DNA from: Blepharisma stoltei ATCC 30299
Taxonomy: Eukaryota; Protista; Ciliophora
Reading direction: 5' to 3'
DNA length: 64,000 nt
Assembly (NCBI GenBank): GCA_965603825.1
Contig: CBFDEM010000016.1
Location: 62,001-126,000, forward strand
Of the stretch, positions 39,497-50,898 are shown in pieces. Under the pieces are notes generated by a model. That model ran no database searches. It saw only the letters and a program-made list of their open reading frames with translations, and was not told where the DNA came from. Numbering within the stretch: position 1 is the stretch's first letter; each line of letters starts with the position of its first letter. The translations under genes were made by a program, and so were the position numbers.

Positions 39497-40195
39497 ATGG
39501 AAAACTTTGCAACAGAACAGGCTGCTTCAGATCTGAGCAAGGCTGGGATATTTCTAAATCACGACGTCAATGGAATGGGCCAAGAAAGGATGGGAACTTC
39601 AGTTATGGCTGCTGTTTATAATGGAGGGATCGTATTTGGTGCTGATACAAGAACTACAATGGGTGTCTACATTGCATCGAGAATTTCTGACAAAATTGAG
39701 TGCCTCCATGAAAAAATCTTCTGTTTGCGTACCGGAGTTTCGGCTCATACTCAAGCTTTGGCTAGATATATAAGATATTATCTGTCTCAGCATGCATTGA
39801 ATGAAGGGAAGCTTCCACTTGTCTTGACTGCTGCGAGACTAGCACAAGAGCTTTTATATCAGAATAAAGCCTATATTGAAGGATCTTTTATTGTTGGAGG
39901 CTGGGATCCTGTGAATGGCTGTCAGCTTTACGAAGCAGCCATGGGAGGAACTTTGGTTAATCAGCCTATTGCATTGATGGGGAGTGGGAGTACTTATATT
40001 TATGGATACGTTGACGCGAACTACAGACCAGATATGAATCAACAGGAATGCAAAGATTTTATTAAGAAAGGTCTAGCATTGGCAATGGCTAGGGATGGAG
40101 GATCTGGAGGATGTGAAAGATTGCTGATAGTTACCCCTGATTCTGTTACAAGAGAATACGTCGCTCAAGAAGAGTTTCCTTATAGCCTTAGATAA
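39497..40195 (+). CDS. PSMB6: 20S proteasome subunit beta-1 (PSMB6/Pre3)
   Basis: Propeptide...MG-TSVMA, GADTRTTMG, GSGSTYIYGY, AMARDGGSGG. Confidence 0.92.
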   Translation: MENFATEQAASDLSKAGIFLNHDVNGMGQERMGTSVMAAVYNGGIVFGADTRTTMGVYIASRISDKIECLHEKIFCLRTGVSAHTQALARYIRYYLSQHALNEGKLPLVLTAARLAQELLYQNKAYIEGSFIVGGWDPVNGCQLYEAAMGGTLVNQPIALMGSGSTYIYGYVDANYRPDMNQQECKDFIKKGLALAMARDGGSGGCERLLIVTPDSVTREYVAQEEFPYSLR

Positions 40196-40330
40196 TATTT
40201 AGGAATTAAAACTATTTTCGGTTTCTACAACAAATATATTGAGAATTGGCTTATTTATAAGATTGTAAAATGTTTTATCATCAAATCTAAAAATTAATTT
40301 ATTGATATAGCTATTTTCAATTTATTTATT

Positions 40331-42691
40331 ATGAAAATTTTAGGTCTTATTTTATGCTTACTTGCCTCCTTAGCTGCAGGTGGCGTCATTGGGATTGACT
40401 TTGGTTCTGAAAATTTCAAAGTAAAATCTACCTAGGTGTCCCTCATTAAGTCAGGCAAAAAATTTTCTATCGTGGAAAACGAGCTCTCTAAAAGATTCAT
40501 TCCATCTGCAATATCCTTTACAGATTCAGGCCGAGTTTTTGGTGAAAATGCTATAAAAGAGCAGCTAAAGAAGCCAAATAGCACCATAGTATATCCTAAG
40601 TTGCTTTTTGCAGTTCCTTTTAACAGTACCCCAACTCTTGAGTATTTTTTGTCCTCATATCAGCATCTAGATCTTTTCGAAGACGAAGCCAGAAAAGGTG
40701 TAAACTACCGCATCAATGATTTCACACTTTATAGCGAAGAGCCAATCGTAATGATCTTTGAGTATATAAAAAAGATCTCTGAAAGCTTTGCAGAAAGCTC
40801 CATTAGAGATTGCACTATCACAGTTCCTAGCTTCTGGACGCGAAACCAAAGACTTTCTATGATATATGCAGCTTATGCAGCTGGACTGAATGTACTTTCT
40901 GTTATCAATGAAAATACTGCAGCTTCCCTATACTACGCTATTGACAGAAATGATGAAAAACCTTATCATGTATTATTTTACAATCTTGGAGCTTCTTATC
41001 TCCAAGTCTCAATCGCTAGATATTTTTTCTCTAAAAAAGATAATAAGCCTATAGAAACCGTGGAAATTCTCTCACATTCCGCTGACAGATTTTTAGGTGG
41101 AAACTTAATTGATGGGTTTATTACTGAATCATTAGCAGACGAATATGAAAAAGAAAGCGGTGTCAAGGTAAGAAATTCAGAAAAAGCAATGCTCAAGCTA
41201 TACCAGCAAGCTAGAGAAGCCAAAAAGAAATTAAGTTCAGGGATGACTGCTTCGCTAGTCGTAGAAAGTTTAATTGATGGTAAAACATTGAAAGGGACAG
41301 TAAATAGAGAAGCTATTGACAAAATTTTAGAGCCTTATCAAGAAAGATTTATTGAGCCTGTGAGAAAAGCTTTAAATGATGCAGAGTTAAAAATAGAAGA
41401 AATTGATAGCTTTGAAATGATAGGAGGGGCTAGCAGAATTCCGAATATTCAAGACATTTTGAAGAAAAACCTTAAAGTGGAACTCAGCTATAACTTAAAC
41501 CCTGATGAAGCAATTGCACATGGCGCTGCTATTTTTGCGGCAAATTATACGTCTACTATGCAAGTCAAGCCAATCAGATTTTCTGATTTAATTCCTTTTG
41601 ATGTAGTCGCAAAATTTTACTCAGAAGTCGATAAAGAGTTTTATATGGAAAAAAAAATATTTAGCAAAAAAACGAGTTTGGGGTCAATGGAGAAGCTTGC
41701 ATTTATACAGAGTGAAGATATCAGAGTGGTTCTTGAAGCTCATTATTCAAATAAAGTAGTTGAAGTTACAAGTTATCATATAGATGTTGCTGATGTTGCT
41801 AAAGCAGTCGGAAAAGAAATAGCATTATTATTTGGCTTTGTTGTCGATCTAAATGGGTTACCATTTTTATACGAAAGCTATGCTCAATATGATGGCGAAA
41901 ATAAGAAAACTGCAAATGATGGACAAGTTTTAGTTGAAAAAAAGAGTATCAAGCTTAATCAAACAGAAATCGAGCTGGAGCTGCCAAAAGTACTGAAACT
42001 AGCTGATGTAAATCTGATGATTTCTCATTTAGAAATGTTCAGACAAAGAGAAAAAGAAGTCACAGACCTCATCAAAGCTAAAAGTGAGCTAGAAAGCACA
42101 CTATATCTCTATAAAGAAAAACTAAATGACCAAGCATTTATTAATGTAACCACACAAGAAGAAAGAGAAAAATTTTTAGGATTATTAACAAAAGCACACG
42201 AATGGATGGAAAATAAAAATTACGCCAAAGAAAATTCCACTGAAATTTTCCACTACTCTCACAACTTGCATCAAGAAATATCTGGAGCTTTGGAGCGAGA
42301 ATCTGAGTATATTAATAGAAAAGAAATCATTGAAAAAGCCTTTGGAGAAATTGACAAAATTGAAGAAAAAATGATCACAGTTAAAGTCACAAATTTATGG
42401 ATCTCAGATGACGAGTTTAAAACTTGTTGGGATATGATAGAAAACACCAAAGCTTGGCTTAATGAAAAAATTAAAGAGCAAAAAGCCAAAAACCTATGGG
42501 AACCCCCTGCTTTTAAAGTAGCTGAAGTTAAAGAAAAACTTGAAAGGATCGAAAAACAGCTAGAAAAACTCATAAGTTTGAGCTTACAAAAACCAAAAGG
42601 GATTTATGACTTTTCACACACTGAAGACTCCCACAAAAAGCCAAACAAAGCTCCAAAACAAAACGAAAAAGACTATAAATCAGATCTTTAG
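40331..42691 (+). CDS. HYOU1: ER Hsp70-family nucleotide exchange factor (HYOU1/Grp170/Lhs1-like)
   Basis: Signal peptide plus GIDFGSENFKV after intron removal; TITVPSFW, IGGASRIP, NPDEAIAHGA; C-terminal KSDL. Confidence 0.88.
40421..40435 (+). other. 15-nt intron gtaaaatctacctag
   Basis: Removes TAG and joins the signal-peptide exon to the Hsp70 domain. Confidence 0.92.
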
Positions 42692-42712
42692 ATTCAGCTT
42701 AACTAAAAATTC

Positions 42713-43526
42713 TTAGACTAATAATACCGCATTAATGCATCCATCATTTTCTGGGTTATTTGTAACCTGAGCGTATTTTCCCCATACAACTTTTCCACCT
42801 TGTGTCACAAGTCCTAAGTCTGCGACGTTGACTTCGATAACGGCTCCTTTTGTGATGACGCCTAAGCTTGTGTATAAGCTAGATTGAGGATTTTTCTTAA
42901 CACCAATGATGTCGAGATAGAACGTTGTATTCAGTTCTGGATGTGTGACGTGAGCTTTGGTAAATCTCATACCAGTTGGTCTTATGTATCTTTCGAATTT
43001 TGGTGGCTTTCTGACGAAATTTTCGCCTACGAAACAAGCTTTATTGATCATTCTTTTCCACATTTTTCTCTTCCTTTTTCCAGTTTTCACAACCTGGTAC
43101 ATTTCTTGGTCGGTTAGTGGCTTAACCTTTGGAATTGGGACTGCCCATTTGCCAGCTTTTTCTTTGCGTTTCTGCTTGACCATGTTGCTGAGGATTTTGG
43201 TTTTGTTCGACCCTTCACGATCTAAAAGGTAGCCAGGGACAGCTCCATCAGGAACAGCTGATTTGTCAGTGGTATTGACCTCTTTGCCATCATGAGCTTT
43301 GAGGAGTTTTCGCATGTGGGCTTTTTCTGTGTATCTTTCTTTTTGGAAGAGCTTTGCTTTAATCCCTTTGAGATTTTGGGCTTTTTCAGAAACTTCATGA
43401 GCTTCTCTAGCTTCTCTCTTGCGCCTGAGTAAAAATTACTTTTTTTCGTCGAAGTTAAATTGTTTGCCTTCACGTTTCTGGAAAAGTTCAATATACTCGT
43501 TTTGTGGCTAAGCTAGGACTCACCAT
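42713..43526 (-). CDS. NSA2: Ribosome biogenesis protein NSA2
   Basis: MPQNEYIE start restored by two introns; [39 protein letters not shown]. Confidence 0.96.
43425..43439 (-). other. 15-nt intron gtaatttttactcag
   Basis: Removes TAA and restores EKKRKREARE. Confidence 0.92.
43508..43523 (-). other. 16-nt intron gtgagtcctagcttag directly after the ATG
   Basis: Removal gives the conserved NSA2 start M-PQNEYIE. Confidence 0.92.
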
Positions 43527-43729
43527 TAAAAAGTCAGAAAATTGGTATTATAAAATTAAATATACAATATGATAAAGAGTTAATTTAAAAAATTTCCTGC
43601 TAAATCAATTGTAAACTATTTCAAATTTTAATTATTCTTATTTTATTTTTCAACTTACTAATTATTTTTAGCATCAAATTTTCCATTTCCTATATTTATT
43701 GATTAAATATTTATTTTCCAATAAAGAAA

Positions 43730-44488
43730 ATGTATTTTGCAAGATGTTTTAGGAGGATAGGATCATTAAAAGAGCTTATCAGAAAAAAGGATTGGAAATC
43801 AGCAGCTGAGCTTGTGGAGACAAAAGAATTTACTGAAAATCTCGAGCCTGCTCACGCCCAAAGTATTATGTGGGGCCTTTCAAATCTTGGCATGTCAAAT
43901 GAAGCATATCAATTTATCAATCATCTTTCCACTACAAAGACTCCTCCTTCAGAGCTGGAATTTATTGCTGGTATTGAAGTTTGTATCAGAAAAGGCGATA
44001 TTCCACGCGCAATGAATTTAGTCAATTTATCAGAAAATTCTCAAATAGAACTAGACGCCGGGGTTTATAATGAACTTCTTATAAATGGACATAAGACTAT
44101 TGGACTGCAAGGAGTCAAACATGTCTTAGACCTTATGAAAAAGTCACAGCTTTTCCCTTCTCTTTCTGTTTGCCTAGCTTTATTGAGAAGCGGAATGTGG
44201 GCGGAAGATAATAAGTTGATTCAAGATTTGGTTTTAACTATGGAAAAAGCTAAATATGAAATTCCTGCCAGTCTCATCGACGAATACATAAAATCATCAG
44301 TCGCCAGCGGAAAAGAATGCTTAGAGTTAAAAAAAACCTGGGATGGAATCAGAGACAAACTTGGCTCACAAATCGAAAACCCAAAGCCAAACTGCACAAA
44401 TCCCAATGGATTTTTCTTTCTCAACGCACTCAATCCAAACCAAGGAAACCTTAGCGGAGACAAGCCTGATGATGGGTTGAGATCATAA
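43730..44488 (+). CDS. PPR-like helical-repeat protein, probably mitochondrial
   Basis: Presequence-like start; about 35-aa repeats such as LDAGVYNELLING and PSLSVCLALLRSG. Confidence 0.6.
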   Translation: MYFARCFRRIGSLKELIRKKDWKSAAELVETKEFTENLEPAHAQSIMWGLSNLGMSNEAYQFINHLSTTKTPPSELEFIAGIEVCIRKGDIPRAMNLVNLSENSQIELDAGVYNELLINGHKTIGLQGVKHVLDLMKKSQLFPSLSVCLALLRSGMWAEDNKLIQDLVLTMEKAKYEIPASLIDEYIKSSVASGKECLELKKTWDGIRDKLGSQIENPKPNCTNPNGFFFLNALNPNQGNLSGDKPDDGLRS

Positions 44489-44503
44489 TTTAAGAACATT
44501 ATG

Positions 44504-45478
44504 CTATAAATTTAAACTTCTTGATGCATTTGATTTGCATCTTTTTATCACCTTTGGCGACTGTAAATCAGAAAATACAACAGGAGTTTTTAATTGCTTT
44601 TCTATAAATTCATTCCATTGGTCTTCTTTTATGCTAGCTTTCTTTGCTTTTTCATATAATCGGGAAATAGATATTTTTTGGCATGGATCTTTTGAGCCAT
44701 ATTTCAGCTTGGTTTTTATCACAATTGAATAGAAAAGTCGTTGTTTTTCAGGGTCTGGGGAATCTTCAATCGTAGATTCTTCTGGAAGACCAGAAAATGA
44801 CTCTTTTTCTTTTCTATAAGAGCGATTTATCCTGTTATCATTTTTATAAATTTCCATTGTTTTAACTAATGAATCCTTTATAGGAGTTTCTTTGGAATTC
44901 TTTAATGGAGGTCTTGTTCTGCTGATTTCTCTTTTCTTTTGCTTTACTCGAGCGTCAGCTAATATAGTCCTTAATTCTTGGCAAATGGTTTTTAATTTTT
45001 TAGCTTGGACTCTTAGAGATAATGATGCTTGAGCTATTGCATCATTAATAGAATCTTCAATGATTTCTAGGTCAACTTTTTCTTTATTATCAATAACACT
45101 GATTAAATTTTGGCAATTTTTCTTAAGAATGAAAAAAATTGTTTTTTCTTTGTCGCTGTCTGGCTTATTTTTTAAAAAGAAATTTTTTAGCTTCTCTAAG
45201 TTCTGTCTAGTTATTTCAAAGTTATTTTGTGAGTTAAATTGAAAACTGATGCTACTAGAATGGTCAAGATGGATTATAGGGTTTCTTTTAGACTTTATTG
45301 GTGATCTTTCTGTAGAAATTGATTCGCTTTCTGAGCTAGTTTCTATTGAGTCAATTTGTGCTTGGTCTCCTTGTTTAGGAGAAAGTTGTTTACAGAAATC
45401 TCGAAAAGTCATAGATGAGGCTAGTGTTTTCCTCATATTAGAGTGTGGGAAGCCAATACTAATACGGCCTAGTTTCAT
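44504..45478 (-). CDS. Hypothetical protein
   Basis: 324-aa ORF from ATG to TAG; no recognised domain. Confidence 0.7.
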   Translation of the reverse strand: MKLGRISIGFPHSNMRKTLASSMTFRDFCKQLSPKQGDQAQIDSIETSSESESISTERSPIKSKRNPIIHLDHSSSISFQFNSQNNFEITRQNLEKLKNFFLKNKPDSDKEKTIFFILKKNCQNLISVIDNKEKVDLEIIEDSINDAIAQASLSLRVQAKKLKTICQELRTILADARVKQKKREISRTRPPLKNSKETPIKDSLVKTMEIYKNDNRINRSYRKEKESFSGLPEESTIEDSPDPEKQRLFYSIVIKTKLKYGSKDPCQKISISRLYEKAKKASIKEDQWNEFIEKQLKTPVVFSDLQSPKVIKRCKSNASRSLNL

Positions 45479-45530
45479 ATTTATTTCGATATTTAAAGCT
45501 AATCATTTGTGATCTATTATAATGAGAATC

Positions 45531-46616
45531 TTAATTAAGGATCAAGAAAATAAGGGATAACCCTAACCAAATTACTGAGCCTTGGCTGGAGCCTAAAATT
45601 TCGTGTGGGTTTTCTACTGTTAAATGCCCCATCTTGTGAGCTAGCACAAAGAAATCAGCATTTAATACAGTCTCTGCACAATAGTCATTTTCTTGGATAT
45701 TAGCAAAATTCACAACCCTTTCTTTATAAAATATAAGCTTGACTGCTTCATCTTCGTCCCAATGCTCTTCAATGCACTGCCTTGCATCTCTTCTTAAAGT
45801 ATTGCAATTTTTTACCTCAGTGCTGTTATACCATTTTTTCAAATGTCTTATATAGTACATAAACTCTACATCTCCAGGCAAAATTCCACAATATTGTTTT
45901 CCATCAGGATTCATTCCACACTGGCATTCAGATTTCAGCATTACTCCTGATTTTCTATCAACTCTTGAATAACAATCATTATCACTTAAACATTCTGGGC
46001 TTTTATTCCTGCGGGCTAGCGGTGTTATACAATACGAAAAACTTGTAGTAGCATTCGTATAGCATAAAGTAGACTCACAAATATAATTCACATTGTCCTT
46101 ACAAGTATTAACTTCTTCATTAAGCTTGGCGCTGAAATATTTTTTGCAAATATTCCCATCACAGCCAGAGCCATTTTGGCACTCATAGTCATAGGTGCAT
46201 TGGTCTCCGTCTTGCAGCTGTGAGATGCAGGTGTTGTATTTGCAATATAAGCCTGGGCTGCAAAATGAGCTGTCTGAGCAATATCCATCTTTTATAGAAC
46301 CGAGACATATTTCGTCAGTGCAGCCACCAAAATAAGGATATCGGCAGTCTTCATCGGTTGAACATTTTTCGCCTGGGTATTTTTGTATGAGGGATTTTTT
46401 GGAAGAAACGGAGCATGTGCTGTTTTGCAGAGGATTAAAAATACAATATCTTTGAAAAGGGTCTTCACAAGGGTTTATTCGGTAGGTTAATGTATGTTCG
46501 TCGTAGAAAACGCAGATATTATCTTTGAAAGGCATAGTTCTAGGCTTGCACTGATAGGAAGGACAAAGCGCATATGAAACTCCTATAATTAGGAAGAGTA
46601 ATGAAAAGGGTAGCAT
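45531..46616 (-). CDS. Secreted or surface cysteine-rich protein with C-terminal hydrophobic (GPI/TM) tail
   Basis: Signal peptide MLPFSLLFLIIGVSYA; repeated G..C....C...C Cys modules; hydrophobic C-terminus. Confidence 0.8.
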   Translation of the reverse strand: MLPFSLLFLIIGVSYALCPSYQCKPRTMPFKDNICVFYDEHTLTYRINPCEDPFQRYCIFNPLQNSTCSVSSKKSLIQKYPGEKCSTDEDCRYPYFGGCTDEICLGSIKDGYCSDSSFCSPGLYCKYNTCISQLQDGDQCTYDYECQNGSGCDGNICKKYFSAKLNEEVNTCKDNVNYICESTLCYTNATTSFSYCITPLARRNKSPECLSDNDCYSRVDRKSGVMLKSECQCGMNPDGKQYCGILPGDVEFMYYIRHLKKWYNSTEVKNCNTLRRDARQCIEEHWDEDEAVKLIFYKERVVNFANIQENDYCAETVLNADFFVLAHKMGHLTVENPHEILGSSQGSVIWLGLSLIFLILN

Positions 46617-46712
46617 AATTATGATAATTAGTTTGCCATCAATAAAAAACTTATAAAATATAAAAATCAATTTTCATGGAAATTTTAATTTATTTGCAAA
46701 AATTATTTACAA

Positions 46713-47411
46713 TTAAAATTCTTCATATCTTGGTGCATAAGATGGCGATGGGCTTTCGCTTTCCAATGTGTACTTCTGCTTATCAGGCGACTCCACTAAC
46801 ACTCTATTATCAAAATGATTTTCAATATCATCTCTATTCGGCACCGCGATTAAATTAATAATTTTTGATTTTTCAGTTTCACAGCCTCTCTCACTAATCC
46901 CATCAAATTTCCCTTTTGCATGATTTAAATCGCGCAGAGCAATCCTTTCCACTTTTTGCATGACCTTTACTCTAAATTCATTTTTTATCAATTTATTTTT
47001 GATATTTATATTCCCTGTGTTCCCATTATTCTTTTTTCTATAATCTTTTATCATATATCCTGCAGAACTTAAAGCAGAAAATGGTCTTGAAGAGTTTCTG
47101 TCCACTATCGGGAGATTAGTCCTTTTTGAAAGAAGACTTGACAATCCTTGTGAAGTGATATATCTCTTTGCAGAGCTGCTTCTTTCAGCTGTCTCAAAGT
47201 TATAAGAATTTGTTAATTTCGAAGGCCTGAACAATGATCTGTTTAAATTATCAGGCTGCTTGTGAGGCAAAATCTTAATTTTTAGATGAGATCTTAATCT
47301 CGGAGACTTTTGTGCAACAGGTGAGGAGGCAATAAATACGTTTGTGTCATTATAGTTTAGTGAAGCGCTAAGCACTGTTGTGTGGATATTTAGTTTTCTT
47401 CGTACAGCCAT
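46713..47411 (-). CDS. Hypothetical basic, low-complexity protein
   Basis: 232-aa ORF from ATG to TAA. Confidence 0.65.
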   Translation of the reverse strand: MAVRRKLNIHTTVLSASLNYNDTNVFIASSPVAQKSPRLRSHLKIKILPHKQPDNLNRSLFRPSKLTNSYNFETAERSSSAKRYITSQGLSSLLSKRTNLPIVDRNSSRPFSALSSAGYMIKDYRKKNNGNTGNINIKNKLIKNEFRVKVMQKVERIALRDLNHAKGKFDGISERGCETEKSKIINLIAVPNRDDIENHFDNRVLVESPDKQKYTLESESPSPSYAPRYEEF

Positions 47412-47724
47412 TAACGGAAAACTTTGCTTTTTATTTTGAAAGCCGAATTTAACTCTGGCTATTGTTTATTAAGAAAATAATTTAAGGTAAATTTTGAAAA
47501 CACAGGCTCTATACCATTGTAATGAATTTTTTCTACCACAGAATAAGAAAATAATTCATTGCAATGTATTACAGTACTGTAATTAGATATAATCTCTAAA
47601 GTATATGAAGAAGCGGGTGTAAAATTTATGATAAGTTTTAATAGAATTTCACTGACTTTCCCTCTAAATTTTATTAATATTCTTTTCTCTTCTAAAAATA
47701 GCTTATATACAAAACGAATAAATA

Positions 47725-48087
47725 ATGGAAGGGTGGAAATATGAACTTTTTGACTGCGGTCGTAATCCTTTTATGTTTGTGTGGTCTATCTGCATGCCGT
47801 GCGGATACCACTGCATGCAAACATGTGACGCTAGACACGCAGAGCCCGAGAACCGATTTGCAGGATTAAGAGCCTACTCCCTGGTCTTATTTTTAGGGCC
47901 TATTGGTGCATCAATAAACCGTTATTTGCTAAGAAAGACACTAAAGATTAAAGATAATCCACTTTTCGACCTTACACATTGCTGTATACCGTGCTGTGCT
48001 GTAACTCAAGAATGGATGCAAGTAATGGAAACTATGAAAGGTAATGGAGAGTTAAAGATAACACAGCTTAAGAAAATAAGGTATTAG
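47725..48087 (+). CDS. PLAC8-family Cys-rich protein
   Basis: WKYELFDC, CMPCG, R..LRK...I, THCCIPCCAVTQE. Confidence 0.85.
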   Translation: MEGWKYELFDCGRNPFMFVWSICMPCGYHCMQTCDARHAEPENRFAGLRAYSLVLFLGPIGASINRYLLRKTLKIKDNPLFDLTHCCIPCCAVTQEWMQVMETMKGNGELKITQLKKIRY

Positions 48088-48708
48088 AACTGATTAAGGG
48101 AATTTTCTGAATATTTTTGCTAGAATGTAAATATACCATAAGTTTGTTTTCCAGTTTGAAGGTCTGTAAATCGTGGATAAAAATTGTCCAGACGTAGATT
48201 TTACTAACTTCATTTTCTTTCTATAATGAGTAATAGGTAAATTTTAGATCTGTGGCTGTAATTTTGAGTAGAATAAGATTTTCTTTGAGTTAAACCTAAA
48301 ACGCTTAACTATAATTAATTTTTTCATCCCAGTCACAAAGTTCATATTTTTGATTTTTTGGGTATTTTGGCCTTTTGAAATGCACATATAAATAAATAGC
48401 ATAAGGACCATACAGGATTGCCTAATAGTGATCGCATGCTCCTAGGATTTTCAGAGAGTAAAAATATAAATCAAACAGCTTCTTCATATCTTGATCGAAT
48501 TAAGGTCTTTTCTTCTATATCAGCAATTTCATCAGCAGGAAGCGAGTGAAATAGTGTATTTATCAAATAAAAAATAGAATAAAACTGTTTTAAACGATAA
48601 AATGGATAAAATTTAAAGAATAATTAACCTTTTTAGACTATAAAACATAAATATAGACACAATAGCATAGAAAAAGAGTAAAAACTGAAAAATACATTAA
48701 TTAGAGAT

Positions 48709-50898
48709 TTAGTCCTCTATATATTTTTTCGGCGTAATAAACCGATGAGCAATTACCAGCTCGGAGAGGATTCTTGGCTGATAACAAATTATTTCTGAGC
48801 CTACTGGGTATGCATTCTGACAATTTTTAAATAATCCTGCAATTCCCATCCCCCATCCATACAGCCTTCCTGTTTGAGATAAACAAATAATATGAGATTC
48901 TCCACATATGAAATCTATTATAAATTCTTTGTTTAAATATTCCACTGGCAAAGGAAAATCTGAAAATTTTGCACCATTACAAAGACCTAATTGTCCTTGT
49001 TCCCCATTTCCCCAAGTAAAAAGCTGTCCTTCATCACTCAATGCAGCTGAAAAAATAGCTCCAGCACCCACTTTTATAATTCTTTGTTCGGCCAAGCTTT
49101 TAATTTGTTTTATATTTTTTGTTTTCATATTTCTTTTTAGCTCATTAGATGGTAGTCCTAGCTGTCCGTCTTCAGCTCATCCAAATGCATATATATTCCC
49201 TTCAGAATCAAACGCCAAAGTATGTGCTTCTCCACAGGCAATTCCTCTGATTTTATTATGGTTTCTATAAAAAAATTCAACTCTCAAAGGATTTAAAGCT
49301 CTGTAGCCGAATTCGTCTTTTGATAATGCTTTTTTAGGAATTCCTAATTGATTGACATCACCTCTTCCTCATGTAAATAATTCTCCTTCTGCTGATATAG
49401 CTGCTGTGTGATATCCTCCACACTCCAGATATATAAAAAGCTTATTAGAAATACTTGAAATAATTGCAGGGTATATATAAGAATTAGTGTCCCCATGGCC
49501 TAAGCATCCAGAAATTCCATATCCTCAACTCATAATTTTTCCTGAAGCTGTAAGCAAACAACAATGCTCAAATCCACAAGAAATCCATGAAACTGGCATA
49601 TTCAGCAAATTCGTCAATATATAAGGCGAAAACAGCGCAGTTAGAGTGTCTTTTTTAAATAATTTGTAATTAATAAACCCTTTTGATCTTGACTCAATAT
49701 CAGAAAATTCCAATTGGGCAGCTGATATAAACCCTGAAAAAGCTATAGAGCCAGCAATTTCTGCAGACTCAGTATCCCCTGCACATATAACCATCTTTCT
49801 ATAAAGAGGAGACGAAGGATCAGGAAGATCTGTGTCAGTATTCAAAGACGAGGAATCCAAAGAATCAAAATCTTCAGTAAATGCTATAGTTGTAGACTGT
49901 GTTAACACTTTAGGTAATAATTTTGACGCTAAAGGAGGCTGATACCCAATTCCTAGCTTATTTTTCGAAGCCACATTTTTTGGTAAAAATTCTCTGATAG
50001 TTTTTCTCATATCACCTTCATCTTTTGAAGTAACTGATGGGTCATATAGCAGGGAAGGTCTTATCATGCCTTCTTTTCGGGCACATTTTAAAGCTTCTAT
50101 AGAGCTGAACATATTGTGAGATAAATCATCTGTGTGTTCTGGGATTAACTCAACTGTGCTTGTTATGCTTTCTTTTATTATAGAAATTTTTGCTTCTTCG
50201 CTGCTTGATAGAGTGTTGTCTAATGTGTGTTCTCAAGCTTCTTTTAAGCCAATTTCGCATCTAAAATCATAATCTGAGATACTTTCTCTGTTGCTTTCTA
50301 TGTTAGATTGACTTATATCAAATAGAATTGAGGAAGAAGGGGTAGGCTCATTCCAGTCTTTTTTCATAGCTGAAATATTGGAAGAAAAGTTTATTTTTTC
50401 TCTAGCAAGCAAGGTATTTGCAGCTTTTAAATATTTTTCTTCAGACGATTTAAACTTCAATAAAGAATCAATGCTATCTTCTCTGCCGTTTCACATAGTT
50501 TCAAACCCAAATGGTTCTTCTATAATTTCTACACATTCGCTTCTATTAAATGGACTTTTTTCATGGATTGCAATGATATTATCTTTTAAATCTTCATCAG
50601 CAAGCATTGTGAACTCTTTGGCTGATATAAAAGTTTGTGTGTCATTAGTATTATTTGTACTCAGAATTGGAAAATTGTACAAAGAATCCCATAAAAAGCC
50701 TTGAAATCGTGAAATTTCGGTAGAACTTTGGTTGAATGATATAGGATGAAGACCGGAATATAGTAGAGATTTTTGAAGTTTTATGACTTTTTGCTGCTGC
50801 TTTTGAGATAATGAATTTAGGTTATGGTGTCGGATTTTTCCTTCTCGTAAACTTGCTTCAGCGATTCTGTCAAAAATATTTTGTTTAGCTTGTTTCAT
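48709..50898 (-). CDS. RCC1-repeat protein with long N-terminal extension
   Basis: Four ORFs in one frame; SCGFEH, MS(TGA)GYG...LGHG, ECGGYH, FT(TGA)GRG...QLG, ACGEAH, FTWGNGEQGQLG. Confidence 0.87.
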
